DNA of 64,000 bases from a bacterium (GTDB taxonomy: Bacteria; Hinthialibacterota; Hinthialibacteria; Hinthialibacterales; Hinthialibacteraceae). Positions 39,676 to 49,472 of this stretch are shown one piece after another (the stretch's first letter is position 1; the number at the start of each line of letters is the position of its first letter). The position numbers and the translations under genes were made by a program. The stretch covers positions 512,001 through 576,000 of the forward strand of contig CAXXMV010000001.1 in the NCBI GenBank assembly GCA_963662285.2. Direction: 5' to 3'. The notes beneath the pieces are model-generated. The model searched no databases and had not been told where the DNA came from. It was given only the letters and a program-made list of their open reading frames with translations.

Positions 39676-41544
39676 TTATTCAGAGGTTATCTGTTCTATA
39701 TCACTATCCGGCAATTGCTTTACGTAATCATATAGTTGTCCAAGCAATTCGCCGCGCGTGGTTCCGGCATCATAATCCATCTTGACGCCGCATCGTTTAA
39801 TCCATTGGTTCGCGGTTTTTGAGTCAACTGTATCATTGAGTTTCGCATCCCATTGGTCATTGCCCAGAAAACCGCGTAAGGCGAAAAACTGGAGCGCTTC
39901 GAAATGCGGGTCGCCGGGATTGGCGTCGCGGAAATAGATCAGCACCGAACCTTGCTTCAACAACTCGTTTTGCAATTTATAAGAATCAACCCTACGCGGC
40001 GCCACGCCGTCTTTAATGCTGATTGCGGCGGCGGTTCCAGCGGCGTGCCCCATTGCCATCCAGCATGGCTCCATACGCAGCGTGCTGAATCCGATATGGG
40101 TGCCGGATACCGGAACCGGGATCATTAATCCTTCAACTTTTTGCGGGATAATTACGCCGTAAGGTACGGTGTAGGGATAGGCTTTATAACTGAAGAAGCC
40201 ATCCAGGTGGACGCGCCCCGGTTCGCGTTTGAGTACTGCATGTGAGTCAAGATTATAGTGGCTGGCGGTGATGCTGTTTTTGTATATAGGCGGACGGGCG
40301 CCTTCACTCACGGGCAGCGCGTCGTGGGCGGTAAACAGATGATCGCCCACGATTCTGCGGCCTTCTCGGATATAAACCTGCCGGGGGAAATTATCGTTAT
40401 CAACATATTCATCTTTGGCCAAGCCCCATTTAATGCAATTGGAGCGGACATCTTCGGGCAAATCTGCATCATGTTGGATAAACCAGACTAAACCTAGGGT
40501 ATAATCCCGCAGACGTTGGGCGTAACGGTCGCGCCAATCCCAACTGGCGGTAGGCCAGGGCCAGTTCTCTTCGGGCAGGTCGGTCGAAATGAAAGCCGCA
40601 TGCTGGTTATTGGCGTCAGTCTTCTGGTTAGGCAGTCCCACCATGTTGGTAATGCGCCAGATGTCGTTGTAATTCCTGCTCTTAGTTATCGCCCCGGCGA
40701 AGCGGCCCAGTTTGACGTCATCAATAAGCGAAATGTACTCATCACGGTTGTAATTTTCCGGTTTTTGCACTTTGACCATATTATCTACGTTGCGGGTGAG
40801 GCATAGACGGTAATTGTAGGATTGCACGGCGTTATCGCCCAATCCTGTCGATCCCGGTCCGGCTGGCATGATCCAGGGTTTATAGAGTTTACCCGCCATT
40901 GGCTCGTTGAATTCTCTCTGGTCTTCGCGTCCCAGACGGTAGGACGCTCCAGCCGCCGCTGCCAGATCGCCTTCGTAGGTGGCGTCCATAAATACCTGGG
41001 CGGCATAGCGTTCAATAGTTTTATCAGTGCGGTTGAGGATTTTTATCTGGCTTAATCTGCCGTCTTTAAGAGTAGTGTTTTCGGGTAATGCGTCGAACTG
41101 CCTCATACGCTTAACTGTAATTTTATCAGGGTGTTCAGCCAGCATCTGTTCAAAAATCAATTCGGCGATGCGAGGCTCAAAATGATACCCCTGACTGCAA
41201 TCTTTGACCTGGATAGAATCCTTGCCGTACGTATCAATGTAATATTGTAATACCCGGTTGACGAATTCCTTAAACAGTCCGCCAGTGGCGCCCCGCGTTG
41301 CGATATCTGTTGCTCCAAGACCGTTGGCAGGCAGACCGCCTATATGCTGGCTGCGTTCCAGAATTACTACGGAGCAATCCAGCCGCGCAGCGGCGATAGC
41401 CGACATGATCCCGCCCGGTGTTCCGCCCACAATGACAATGTCATAACTCTCTATATCTTCCACGGCGTCGACGCCAATGGTTGGGATTAATAGCATCGCC
41501 ATTAGCAAAGATAACATTATTGAATAGTTTATAAGTAATTTCAT
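39676..41544 (-). CDS. Secreted FAD-dependent oxidoreductase
   Basis: Signal peptide; GGTPGG, DATYEGDL, YIREGRR and LRMEP motifs. Confidence 0.88.
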   Translation of the reverse strand: MKLLINYSIMLSLLMAMLLIPTIGVDAVEDIESYDIVIVGGTPGGIMSAIAAARLDCSVVILERSQHIGGLPANGLGATDIATRGATGGLFKEFVNRVLQYYIDTYGKDSIQVKDCSQGYHFEPRIAELIFEQMLAEHPDKITVKRMRQFDALPENTTLKDGRLSQIKILNRTDKTIERYAAQVFMDATYEGDLAAAAGASYRLGREDQREFNEPMAGKLYKPWIMPAGPGSTGLGDNAVQSYNYRLCLTRNVDNMVKVQKPENYNRDEYISLIDDVKLGRFAGAITKSRNYNDIWRITNMVGLPNQKTDANNQHAAFISTDLPEENWPWPTASWDWRDRYAQRLRDYTLGLVWFIQHDADLPEDVRSNCIKWGLAKDEYVDNDNFPRQVYIREGRRIVGDHLFTAHDALPVSEGARPPIYKNSITASHYNLDSHAVLKREPGRVHLDGFFSYKAYPYTVPYGVIIPQKVEGLMIPVPVSGTHIGFSTLRMEPCWMAMGHAAGTAAAISIKDGVAPRRVDSYKLQNELLKQGSVLIYFRDANPGDPHFEALQFFALRGFLGNDQWDAKLNDTVDSKTANQWIKRCGVKMDYDAGTTRGELLGQLYDYVKQLPDSDIEQITSE

Positions 41545-41726
41545 TATTAAAACCTCTGTTCATAGACTTATTTTCATACAATTTACGCTCTGTTGATGAA
41601 TATGTCTATCTGAAGATGGCGTGAAAAAATTCCTGGTCATCCTGAGAATTATGACCATCCAAATTCAGACAAAGACCACCTCAAAACAATGAATCTCTTC
41701 AGTCGATTTAACATACCCTATATTTT

Positions 41727-41775
41727 GCGCAAAAATTGCGCGTTGATAGATGCGTTTTTGAGAAATAAATGCGCA
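41727..41775. promoter_or_regulatory. Candidate enhancer (UAS) pair for a sigma54 activator
   Basis: Palindrome GCGCAA-AAA-TTGCGC (41727-41741) and a degenerate copy TGAGAAATAAATGCGCA (41759-41775); centres are 33 bp apart, upstream of the -24/-12 site. Confidence 0.55.
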
Positions 41776-41813
41776 ATTCAATGTTAAAACCCTTCAAAAT
41801 AAAGGATTTCGGA

Positions 41814-41830
41814 TTGGCACGTTCCGTGCT
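41814..41830 (+). promoter_or_regulatory. Sigma54 (-24/-12) promoter
   Basis: TTGGCACGTTCCGTGCT has GG-N10-GC with a perfect TGGCAC; an NtrC-family activator is encoded in the same locus. Confidence 0.78.
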
Positions 41831-41891
41831 CTATGTATTACCGGAGATTATTGAAAAAATCTATCTACAATTATTCCCAAGAAGGGTGAAT

Positions 41892-42413
41892 ATGATGAGA
41901 AAATTTACTAAAATTCTTGTTTTTTCTATCGTTGCAGTGGTTATAGCCTCAATTTCACTGGTTTCCGTCGCTCAACAACGTGATAGAGGAATGGGTTTTG
42001 ATCCCGCTCAAATGCGGGACATGATGCTGACGCGTATGCAGGAACAATTAAAAATCGCTGATGCTGACTGGACGGCGATCAAGCCTTTGGTTGAAAAAGT
42101 AATGGAGCATCAACAAAGCAATATGCGTCCACCAATGATGATGATGCGGCCTCCTGGTGGTAATCAGGGACCAGATGGTAATCAGCCTAGACGACCACGA
42201 TTCGGCGGCGAACCAGATCCAGCCGAAACAGCACTCCAAAAGGCCTTGGAATCTGAAAGTACTTCAGTTGATGATATCAAAGCCAAAATGACAGCCCTAC
42301 GAACCGCACGCGCTAAAAAAGCAGCTGATCTGAAAAAAGCCCGTGAAGATTTGCGCAGCGTACTTACCGTACGCCAGGAAGCTCAGATGGTCTTGTCAGG
42401 ATTTTTGGATTAA
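41892..42413 (+). CDS. Exported helical protein with C-terminal LTXXQ-like motif (Spy/CpxP/ZraP-like)
   Basis: Signal peptide ending SVA-Q, Met/Pro/Gly/Arg-rich loop, coiled coil and LTVRQEA; the family assignment is inference. Confidence 0.65.
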   Translation: MMRKFTKILVFSIVAVVIASISLVSVAQQRDRGMGFDPAQMRDMMLTRMQEQLKIADADWTAIKPLVEKVMEHQQSNMRPPMMMMRPPGGNQGPDGNQPRRPRFGGEPDPAETALQKALESESTSVDDIKAKMTALRTARAKKAADLKKAREDLRSVLTVRQEAQMVLSGFLD

Positions 42414-42435
42414 TAATTTATTGAAAAATCATCTT

Positions 42436-42541
42436 GGCGTCCTTTTTTTGACGTCTCTGGTATGTTATCTCCATCCCCGGATAACACACCAACCTCCAAA
42501 AAGGCTCCTCCCCTTATCTGCCCGATATTTGGGGAGGAGTC
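42436..42541 (+). ncRNA. Putative structured RNA element, copy 1 (three hairpins)
   Basis: GGCGTC/GACGTC; GGT-A-TGTTATC/GATAACA-C-ACC; GGCTCCTCCCC/GGGGAGGAGTC with apical TATC-TGCCC-GATA; paralogous to 42695-42799. Confidence 0.6.
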
Positions 42542-42694
42542 AATAAAAAAGATTAAAGCGGATTATTTTAGATAAATAAAGTTGATTACCATAAAATCTG
42601 TAAATCTGCGAATTATTTAAGCATAATTTTTGCAGGATTTAGTATTACAGATTTAATGCAACATAGCTTTGCAACATACTTTATAATCGTTTTA

Positions 42695-42799
42695 GGCGTC
42701 ATTTATGGACGTCTTAGGTATGTTCTCACCAATTTTGGGTGACATACACCTCTCCTAAAGGCTCCTCCCTTATCTGCCCGATATACTGTGGGAGGAGCC
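42695..42799 (+). ncRNA. Putative structured RNA element, copy 2
   Basis: The same three stems; stem 2 shows TTATC/GATAA changed to TCACC/GGTGA (compensatory); identical TTATCTGCCCGATAT apex. Confidence 0.6.
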
Positions 42800-42816
42800 T
42801 ACCAAGGAGATGCAAA

Positions 42817-42852
42817 TCCTCTCTCCCTCCGGGAGAAGTTTAGGGTGAGGGG
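42817..42852 (+). repeat. Degenerate BoxC-like repeat
   Basis: TCCTCTCTCCCTCCGGGAGAAGTTTAGGGTGAGGGG. Confidence 0.7.
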
Positions 42853-42892
42853 TAATTAGAAACACTTTCCGGTAAAACGGGTAGGTAAAAAA

Positions 42893-44557
42893 ATGAACGA
42901 ATTACTAAAGAATATGGTCCAGTTGAATCAGTTGTCTTCTGACGATGCTGAGGAATTGCAGTCGATGTTAGATGCGGATGATTCTTTAGTTATGCATTCT
43001 GAAAAGGATATTCTGCAATGGTTGGCGGTTGAGTATGGCGTTTCATATACTGATCTGGAAGACATTGAACCTGATCGTCAATTACTTACGCAGTTTCCCG
43101 CCCGCGTACTGCTCAAAGAAGAAATCCTGCCGCTCAGGCGGATTAATGGCTCCGTAGAAATCGCCACCAGCCGCTTATTCTCTACCCAGGGCATAGATAA
43201 CCTTAAATCACTAACCGGGCTTAAACTTAATCCTGTTCTGGCGCCCCGTGAAGCGATCCAACGCGAGATGAAAAAACGTCTGGGCGTTGGCGCAGATACT
43301 ATCGATTCTCTCGAAGAAGAATCATCCTTGCAGGTGGTCGATGAATCGGCTAATGAAGACGCCGATCTGGATAACGCTGCGGAAGATGCATCCATCATAC
43401 GCTTCGTGAATCAGGTGCTGAGCGACGCCATCGACCTTCGGGCTACAGATATCCACTTGGAGCCTTTCGAAGATGAACTGCGTATACGTTACCGCATCGA
43501 TGGCGTCCTGCAGGATGTTCCAGTTCCATCTCAGATCAAGCGTTTTCAACCGGCCATTGTATCCCGCGTCAAGATTCTGAGCCATCTCAATATCGCCGAG
43601 AAGCGCTTGCCTCAGGATGGACGCATTAAAATTCGCATCAAAAGCGGTGAGGTCGATGTCCGCGTATCCATTATCCCCATGCTGCATGGCGAAGCCGTGG
43701 TCTTAAGGCTGCTGCGGCAGGATTCATCTTTACTTAACATGTCTTCACTTAAGATGGATACCAGGGAATTAAATATGTTTCGCCGGGTGCTCGGTATGCC
43801 GCACGGGATTATCCTGGTTACCGGACCGACGGGAAGTGGAAAAACCACTACCCTCTATACCGCCTTAAACGAGATAAATAACTCTGACCGTAAAATCATA
43901 ACCATAGAAGACCCTATTGAGTATCAGTTAAAAGGCATCAACCAGATTCAGGTTTCCGAGAAATCAGGCTTAACTTTTGCGCGGGGGTTGCGCTCCATTC
44001 TTCGACATGATCCTGATGTTATCCTGATCGGTGAAATCCGCGACGAAGAGACTGCTCAGATTGCAGTGCAGGCCTCGCTGACCGGGCACCTGGTTTTTTC
44101 CACTCTGCATACCAACGATGCCCCCGGCGCTTTGACCCGGTTGGTGGATATGGGAATTGAATCCTACCTGGTCGCATCATCTCTCGAAGCAGTTTTGGCT
44201 CAACGCCTGGTTCGCGTACTGTGTCCTGAATGCAAAGAGTTGGATCAATCGCCCAAAACGGCAGCTGTCAAAGAAAAATTAAACCTTCCCCCCGATTTAT
44301 CCTTATACAAGCCCATCGGTTGCTCTGCATGTCGCCAGACCGGATATTTTGGACGACGCGCCGTCTTTGAGATGATGAGCATCAACAACGAAATCCGCGA
44401 ATTACTGCTTAACGAGAGTTCCACTGGATTGGTCAGAGACGCCGCCCGACGCAGCGGAATGCGTCTGCTTAATGAAGACGGCTGGCGCCTGGTTCACGAA
44501 GGCGTAACCACCCTGGATGAAGTTCTTCGCGTCACCAAGGACGAGTGCGTTGACTAG
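42893..44557 (+). CDS. gspE: Type II secretion ATPase
   Basis: LPQDGR, GPTGSGKTTT, TIEDPIE, LRHDPD, GEIRD, GHLVFSTLH and paired CxxC motifs. Confidence 0.95.
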   Translation: MNELLKNMVQLNQLSSDDAEELQSMLDADDSLVMHSEKDILQWLAVEYGVSYTDLEDIEPDRQLLTQFPARVLLKEEILPLRRINGSVEIATSRLFSTQGIDNLKSLTGLKLNPVLAPREAIQREMKKRLGVGADTIDSLEEESSLQVVDESANEDADLDNAAEDASIIRFVNQVLSDAIDLRATDIHLEPFEDELRIRYRIDGVLQDVPVPSQIKRFQPAIVSRVKILSHLNIAEKRLPQDGRIKIRIKSGEVDVRVSIIPMLHGEAVVLRLLRQDSSLLNMSSLKMDTRELNMFRRVLGMPHGIILVTGPTGSGKTTTLYTALNEINNSDRKIITIEDPIEYQLKGINQIQVSEKSGLTFARGLRSILRHDPDVILIGEIRDEETAQIAVQASLTGHLVFSTLHTNDAPGALTRLVDMGIESYLVASSLEAVLAQRLVRVLCPECKELDQSPKTAAVKEKLNLPPDLSLYKPIGCSACRQTGYFGRRAVFEMMSINNEIRELLLNESSTGLVRDAARRSGMRLLNEDGWRLVHEGVTTLDEVLRVTKDECVD

Positions 44558-44621
44558 AGCAATTCACGAAAATCAGAACTTAATTATGAGGAACACTCGA
44601 TTTTAGCTGAAAGGAAAGATC

Positions 44622-45860
44622 GTGGCTCTTTATCAATATCGCGTTATTCAATCTGATGGCCTAATGGCTGAAGGAAGCATCGAAGCCAAAGGGCGCCATG
44701 ACGCCTTGGCTCAGTTGGAATTGAAAGGCTGGCAACCTGTCAGTCTTGCAGAAAAGGAAAACGAAGCAACCAATGGAAAGAGTAAAACTTTCTCTGGCTT
44801 AAGCGGCTTCCTTAAATCATCCAAAGTATCTTTTCGCGATCTTGAAAATTTCACCCGCATGTTATCCAGTTTGCTGGCGGCAGGCGTTCCTCTAAGCCGG
44901 GCGCTAGTCGTGCTATGCAAAGAAGCCTCATCGCCTGTAGCCAAAGAAAAATGGCAGGAAATTCACGGCCTGGTTATTGATGGCATGTCATTGGCTGAAG
45001 CCATGTCTCATTCACCTGATATCTTTCCACGGGTTTACTCCGCAATGGTCCAGGCTGGTGAAACCGGCGGCTTTCTCGATTTGGTTCTGAGCCAGATATC
45101 AGATTTTCAAGTGCGCGAAAAAGATTTACGCTCCAAAGTCATGACCGCATTGATTTATCCGGCAGTTTTGCTGGTGCTGGCGTTAGCGGTGCTGGTTTTT
45201 CTATTGGTCTTTTTTATTCCCAGGTTTCAAGCAATCTTTTCCGGCTTCGGCGCCGCGCTGCCTCTGATTACCCGTATTATTGTCGGCGCCAGTGAATTTG
45301 TCCGTTCCTATGGCTTTTTTATCGCTCTTGGAATCGGCGGCGTTATTTATTTAACCAATACCTGGATTAAAACCGAAAAGGGCAAACGCTTGAAAGAAGA
45401 ATGGCTGCTTCGTCTGCCAATCATTGGACCGCTAATAGCCCGGTTCGCCATGGCCCGGTTTTGCCGTATGCTTGGTACCTTGATTGGCGCGGACGTGCCA
45501 TTGATCAATGCCCTGAACGTGGCGCGCCGTTCAATCAATAATCAGATACTGGTCGACGCAGTGGCTCAATCGATTGAAGGCGTCAAGCAGGGCGGACAAT
45601 TAGCCCACAGTCTTTCCGGATGCAAGCAGCTCTTTTCCGGCTCGGTGCTGGAGATGATCGCCGTGGCTGAAGAGTCGGGGCGGTTGGATCAAGAACTGGT
45701 GCGTCTGGCTGAAGTGACGGAACAGGAACTCGATCGGGGGCTGAAGACCGCTGTCGCGTTGACTGAACCGATTATGCTTTTTCTGATAGCAGGTTTTATC
45801 GGATTTATTTTTATCGGGATGGTGATCCCCATTTTTACTATCCAGGATTACATCAAATAG
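44622..45860 (+). CDS. gspF: Type II secretion inner-membrane platform protein
   Basis: AGETGG, ALIYP and AEESGRLD motifs; three TM segments. Confidence 0.93.
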   Translation: MALYQYRVIQSDGLMAEGSIEAKGRHDALAQLELKGWQPVSLAEKENEATNGKSKTFSGLSGFLKSSKVSFRDLENFTRMLSSLLAAGVPLSRALVVLCKEASSPVAKEKWQEIHGLVIDGMSLAEAMSHSPDIFPRVYSAMVQAGETGGFLDLVLSQISDFQVREKDLRSKVMTALIYPAVLLVLALAVLVFLLVFFIPRFQAIFSGFGAALPLITRIIVGASEFVRSYGFFIALGIGGVIYLTNTWIKTEKGKRLKEEWLLRLPIIGPLIARFAMARFCRMLGTLIGADVPLINALNVARRSINNQILVDAVAQSIEGVKQGGQLAHSLSGCKQLFSGSVLEMIAVAEESGRLDQELVRLAEVTEQELDRGLKTAVALTEPIMLFLIAGFIGFIFIGMVIPIFTIQDYIK

Positions 45861-45878
45861 GCCTATGGAGGTTTTGTC

Positions 45879-46349
45879 ATGATTTATAAAAACAATACTG
45901 TTCTAACGACCAATAAGCATCGTAACCGAGCGGCTCAAAGGGGTTTTACGCTGGTCGAAATGCTGTTAGTGCTGGTTATCCTCGCTACCCTGGCAGCTAT
46001 CGTGGTTCCCAAATTCGCCGGCAGAAGCGAGCAGGCCAAGGTTACTGCGGCGCAGACCCAGATCGCTAATTTCGAGATTGTACTCGACGCCTTCGAGGTT
46101 GATAACGGCTTCTATCCCAAGGGCAGCGATGGACTTGAGGCTCTGGTTGATAAACCAAGTAATGCCAATAACTGGCATGGACCATACCTGAAACAGGATA
46201 TTCCTCTCGACCCCTGGGGCAATGAATATGTCTATGAGAATCCGGGTAAATACAATTCCGAAGCTTATGACCTGTATTCTCTGGGACCGGATGGACGAGT
46301 GGGCGGCGATGATGATATCACTAACTGGAAGACGACCCAAAAACGCTAA
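45879..46349 (+). CDS. gspG: Major pseudopilin
   Basis: GFTLVEML prepilin motif; WHGPYL, DPWGNEY and SLGPDG..GGDDDITNW. Confidence 0.95.
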   Translation: MIYKNNTVLTTNKHRNRAAQRGFTLVEMLLVLVILATLAAIVVPKFAGRSEQAKVTAAQTQIANFEIVLDAFEVDNGFYPKGSDGLEALVDKPSNANNWHGPYLKQDIPLDPWGNEYVYENPGKYNSEAYDLYSLGPDGRVGGDDDITNWKTTQKR

Positions 46350-46863
46350 ACCGGGAACTCGCTTCGATAAGGGATTCACTCTTATCGAATTGATTCTGGT
46401 TATGGCCATGCTCTCGGCGGTTATCGCCGCATCGGCTCAATCGCTATCCCGTTTCTTCTATGGACGAGCTATTGAGGAAGAAGCCGGGCGCTTTTTGTCG
46501 ATGATTAATTACACCCGAAGCCAGGCCATATCCACCTCGGTTCCCATGCAACTATGGATCGAACCGGATCAAGGTCAATACGGCATCTCTCCATTAGAAG
46601 GTTATCAATGGGCGGCTGGCGAGTTGATTGAACTTGAGATTAACGAAGACGTCCAAATGGATTTGTCGCAGCAGGTCAATAATATGCTGGATGATTACCG
46701 GATCATTTTTTTACCGGATGGTTCATTAGACGAAACCAGCGTCAAGACGCTCAGTTTTACAAATCTGAGGAATGACTCGATCTATATAGCCCAAATCGGT
46801 TTAATGGGTGAATACCGGGTATTAGGCGAATATGATGCGCAATTGTATGGCGTTAATCAATGA
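46309..46863 (+). CDS. gspH: Minor pseudopilin (GspH-like)
   Basis: GFTLIELILV prepilin motif and IFLPDGS. Start probably ATG 46309 or 46312, inside the end of gspG. Confidence 0.75.
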   Translation: MMISLTGRRPKNAKPGTRFDKGFTLIELILVMAMLSAVIAASAQSLSRFFYGRAIEEEAGRFLSMINYTRSQAISTSVPMQLWIEPDQGQYGISPLEGYQWAAGELIELEINEDVQMDLSQQVNNMLDDYRIIFLPDGSLDETSVKTLSFTNLRNDSIYIAQIGLMGEYRVLGEYDAQLYGVNQ

Positions 46864-47269
46864 CGGCGAACCGGAACCGCTGCAAGCGGTTCCCTATAAT
46901 AGCCAACGGGGCTTCACCTTTGTTGAAGTGCTGGTTGCCATGCTATTCGTCGCCATTGTCATACCCATCGCCTTACAGGGCATCGCGCTTGCCGCCAAAT
47001 CGGGCAATATCGCTGAACGGAAAATGACTGCTTCGATATTAGCCGAAAAAAAGTTGAACGAAATCATCATCACTGAACAATGGGATGCCGGTGAAAACCA
47101 GGGAACCTTTGGCGAAGAATGGCCTGAATACTCTTGGCAATTGATTAGTGAATCCTGGAATGTTGATTCCATGACAATAATCACGCTGGTTGCATCGTTT
47201 GAAGTACAACAGAGAAAATACAGCGTTGAGATAAGCGCCTTAGTGGATGATTCGGCGGAAGAGGAATGA
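46832..47269 (+). CDS. gspI: Minor pseudopilin (GspI-like)
   Basis: GFTFVEVLVA prepilin motif; size and gene order. Confidence 0.75.
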   Translation: MMRNCMALINDGEPEPLQAVPYNSQRGFTFVEVLVAMLFVAIVIPIALQGIALAAKSGNIAERKMTASILAEKKLNEIIITEQWDAGENQGTFGEEWPEYSWQLISESWNVDSMTIITLVASFEVQQRKYSVEISALVDDSAEEE

Positions 47270-48114
47270 TGAATCGTTTACCCATTGATTCCCATAAGGA
47301 CGGCAATAGCGGCTTCACCCTCATTGAGGTGTTGGTAGCCACTGTTATGTTCGCCATCATCCTCGCCGCTTTGAATACGGTTCTATGGGCTTCTATGCAG
47401 CTGCGCGAAAAAATGGACGATCAAATAAAAGAACGCAAACCACAGAATTATTCGCTCTCAATAATCAAACGCGATCTGCTCAATATCGTCCCCCAAAACG
47501 GCGTGCTCAACGGTTCCCTGATAGGCGAGAACCAAGGCGCCATGAGTCAGCGCATGGATTATCTGGAATTCTATTCCTCCACTGGAATTATAAACGATAA
47601 TAATCCCTGGGGAGATGTCCAAAAAATTGAATACTACCTGGCTGATTATAAGATGGATCATGAGATTATTGATCCCACTCAGGGTAAAACTCTGGTTCGC
47701 GTTGTTACCCGCAATCTGCTCTCCACCGCTGTAGAGATTCCCGAAGAGCAGCCTTTGTTGAATAATATTCTCTCTTTAGAATTTAATTACTACGATGGTG
47801 AGGAATGGCTCCAAACCTGGGATTCAACCACCCAAGACCCTCCCATGCCTTTGGCCATTCATATGCGCATCGAATTCGAAGAGGAATTACCTGATGAAAA
47901 CAAGAACAATAATTTTGAAATAGATAATGAACAAATCATTCCTCCACTCGAAACCATAATACCAATTGCCGCAGTTGCTATGGCGGAAGAGGAAGAATCG
48001 ACTGAAGCAGAAGACGGCGCAACCAATCCGGAAGAAATCCCCGAAGGTAATCAGGATAATAATAGCAACGCTTCCGGTCCGGGCGGCGGGCGAGGGGAGA
48101 TGCAAAGCCAATGA
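47266..48114 (+). CDS. gspJ: Minor pseudopilin (GspJ-like)
   Basis: GFTLIEVLVA; YYDGEEWLQTWDS...PLAI C-terminal pattern; gene order. Confidence 0.8.
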   Translation: MMNRLPIDSHKDGNSGFTLIEVLVATVMFAIILAALNTVLWASMQLREKMDDQIKERKPQNYSLSIIKRDLLNIVPQNGVLNGSLIGENQGAMSQRMDYLEFYSSTGIINDNNPWGDVQKIEYYLADYKMDHEIIDPTQGKTLVRVVTRNLLSTAVEIPEEQPLLNNILSLEFNYYDGEEWLQTWDSTTQDPPMPLAIHMRIEFEEELPDENKNNNFEIDNEQIIPPLETIIPIAAVAMAEEEESTEAEDGATNPEEIPEGNQDNNSNASGPGGGRGEMQSQ

Positions 48115-49472
48115 AATACTACTCTGGCAGCATTTACCGTTCAAAACGTCTTCCCTTCCAGCAAGGATCGGTTTTGATCATTGTGCTTTGGATAACCTCC
48201 GGTCTGGTCTCTATCGCTTTGTTGTTCGGATATTCCATGACTTTGGAATACCGCGCAGCGGATAACTCACTCGCCAGTATGCAGGCTGCTCAGGCGGTCG
48301 AAAGCGCGGTGCGTTACGTAAAATACATTATCACCAACGCCGAAGAGAAGGGCAAACTGCCTGATATTGATGAATACGAAACTAAATGGGTCGAGATGAG
48401 AGAATCAACCTTCTGGCTTATTGGTCGATCCAATGGCGACGCTATGAATGACGCATTGGTCAGCGGTTTGATTTGCGAATCTTCTAAATTGAATCTCAAT
48501 ACCGCCACCCAGGAAATGCTGGAAGGTCTTCCTTATATGACGGCTGAACTGGCCGCCGCCATTATCGATTGGCGTGATGAAGATGATGATATATCAACCA
48601 ATGGCGCCGAGTCGGAATCTTATCTGATGCGTTCACCCGCTTACGAATGCAAAAACGCTCCTTTTGAAACCATAGAGGAACTGCATCTGCTGATAGGCGC
48701 TGATTGGAACATTCTCTATGGCGAAGACGCTAACCGTAATGGCATTTTGGATGCCAACGAAAACGACGGCGCTGAATCATTCCCCGAAGATAACCGGGAT
48801 GGCCGGCTCGATTGCGGCATTCTGGAATATGTCACCATTTACAGCAGCGAACCTAATAAGGACAGCGATGGCGAAGAGCGCATCAATATTAACGGCGAAG
48901 ATTCTCAAGAATTAATAACGCTGCTTCAAGAAAAGTTAGGCGAAGACGCCGCCAATGACATCCAACAAAAACTTGGCGCTGGTCAAACCGAATATCAAAG
49001 CATCCTGCAATTCTTCGTTCAAAGCGGCATGGATGCTGACGATTTCGCCCTCATAGCTGACCGCATCACCATTTCGGATGAATCCCGCAAGGGATTGGTC
49101 AATGTCAATACGGCGCCGCAAGAAGTACTGGCCTGTATTCCGGGCATTGGTACTGATAACGCATCCAGCCTGGTGGTGTACCGGCAGTCAAATCCTGAAA
49201 GCATCGACAGCGTAGCCTGGTTAACCAAGGTTTTGGATGAACAAGATGCTATAGAAGCCGGGCCGTATGTTACCGTAAATAGTTATCAATTTACCGCTGA
49301 TGTGGTCGCCGTAGGCCATGATGGAAAAGGATGCCAACGGTCAGTTTTTATCATTGATGCGAGCGGTGAAGAACCGGAAATTCGATACCGTAAGGATATG
49401 AATCGTTTAGGATGGGCTTTGGGCGAACAGACCTATAGAGAAATCGCCCTGGCGAAGGATAATCAAAAGTGA
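48111..49472 (+). CDS. gspK: Minor pseudopilin GspK
   Basis: GSVLIIVLW (no Glu5), KLNLNTA, IIDWRD and VNVNTAPQEVL motifs; acidic Ca-binding-type repeats (DANRNGILD, DNRDGRLD). Confidence 0.88.
   Translation: MKYYSGSIYRSKRLPFQQGSVLIIVLWITSGLVSIALLFGYSMTLEYRAADNSLASMQAAQAVESAVRYVKYIITNAEEKGKLPDIDEYETKWVEMRESTFWLIGRSNGDAMNDALVSGLICESSKLNLNTATQEMLEGLPYMTAELAAAIIDWRDEDDDISTNGAESESYLMRSPAYECKNAPFETIEELHLLIGADWNILYGEDANRNGILDANENDGAESFPEDNRDGRLDCGILEYVTIYSSEPNKDSDGEERININGEDSQELITLLQEKLGEDAANDIQQKLGAGQTEYQSILQFFVQSGMDADDFALIADRITISDESRKGLVNVNTAPQEVLACIPGIGTDNASSLVVYRQSNPESIDSVAWLTKVLDEQDAIEAGPYVTVNSYQFTADVVAVGHDGKGCQRSVFIIDASGEEPEIRYRKDMNRLGWALGEQTYREIALAKDNQK

Noticed and set aside
41769-41891. 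ORF-track N-terminal extension of the LTXXQ protein
   Set aside because: It runs through the sigma54 promoter; the signal peptide begins at ATG 41892 or 41895.
42657-42673. TGCAA-N7-TTGCA as a second sigma54 promoter
   Set aside because: It lacks the invariant GG at -24. At most it is a weak extra activator site.
42436-42799. Tandem element as CRISPR, tRNA or a known riboswitch
   Set aside because: Only two ~105-nt diverged copies, no cloverleaf or T-loop, and no riboswitch consensus that I recognise.
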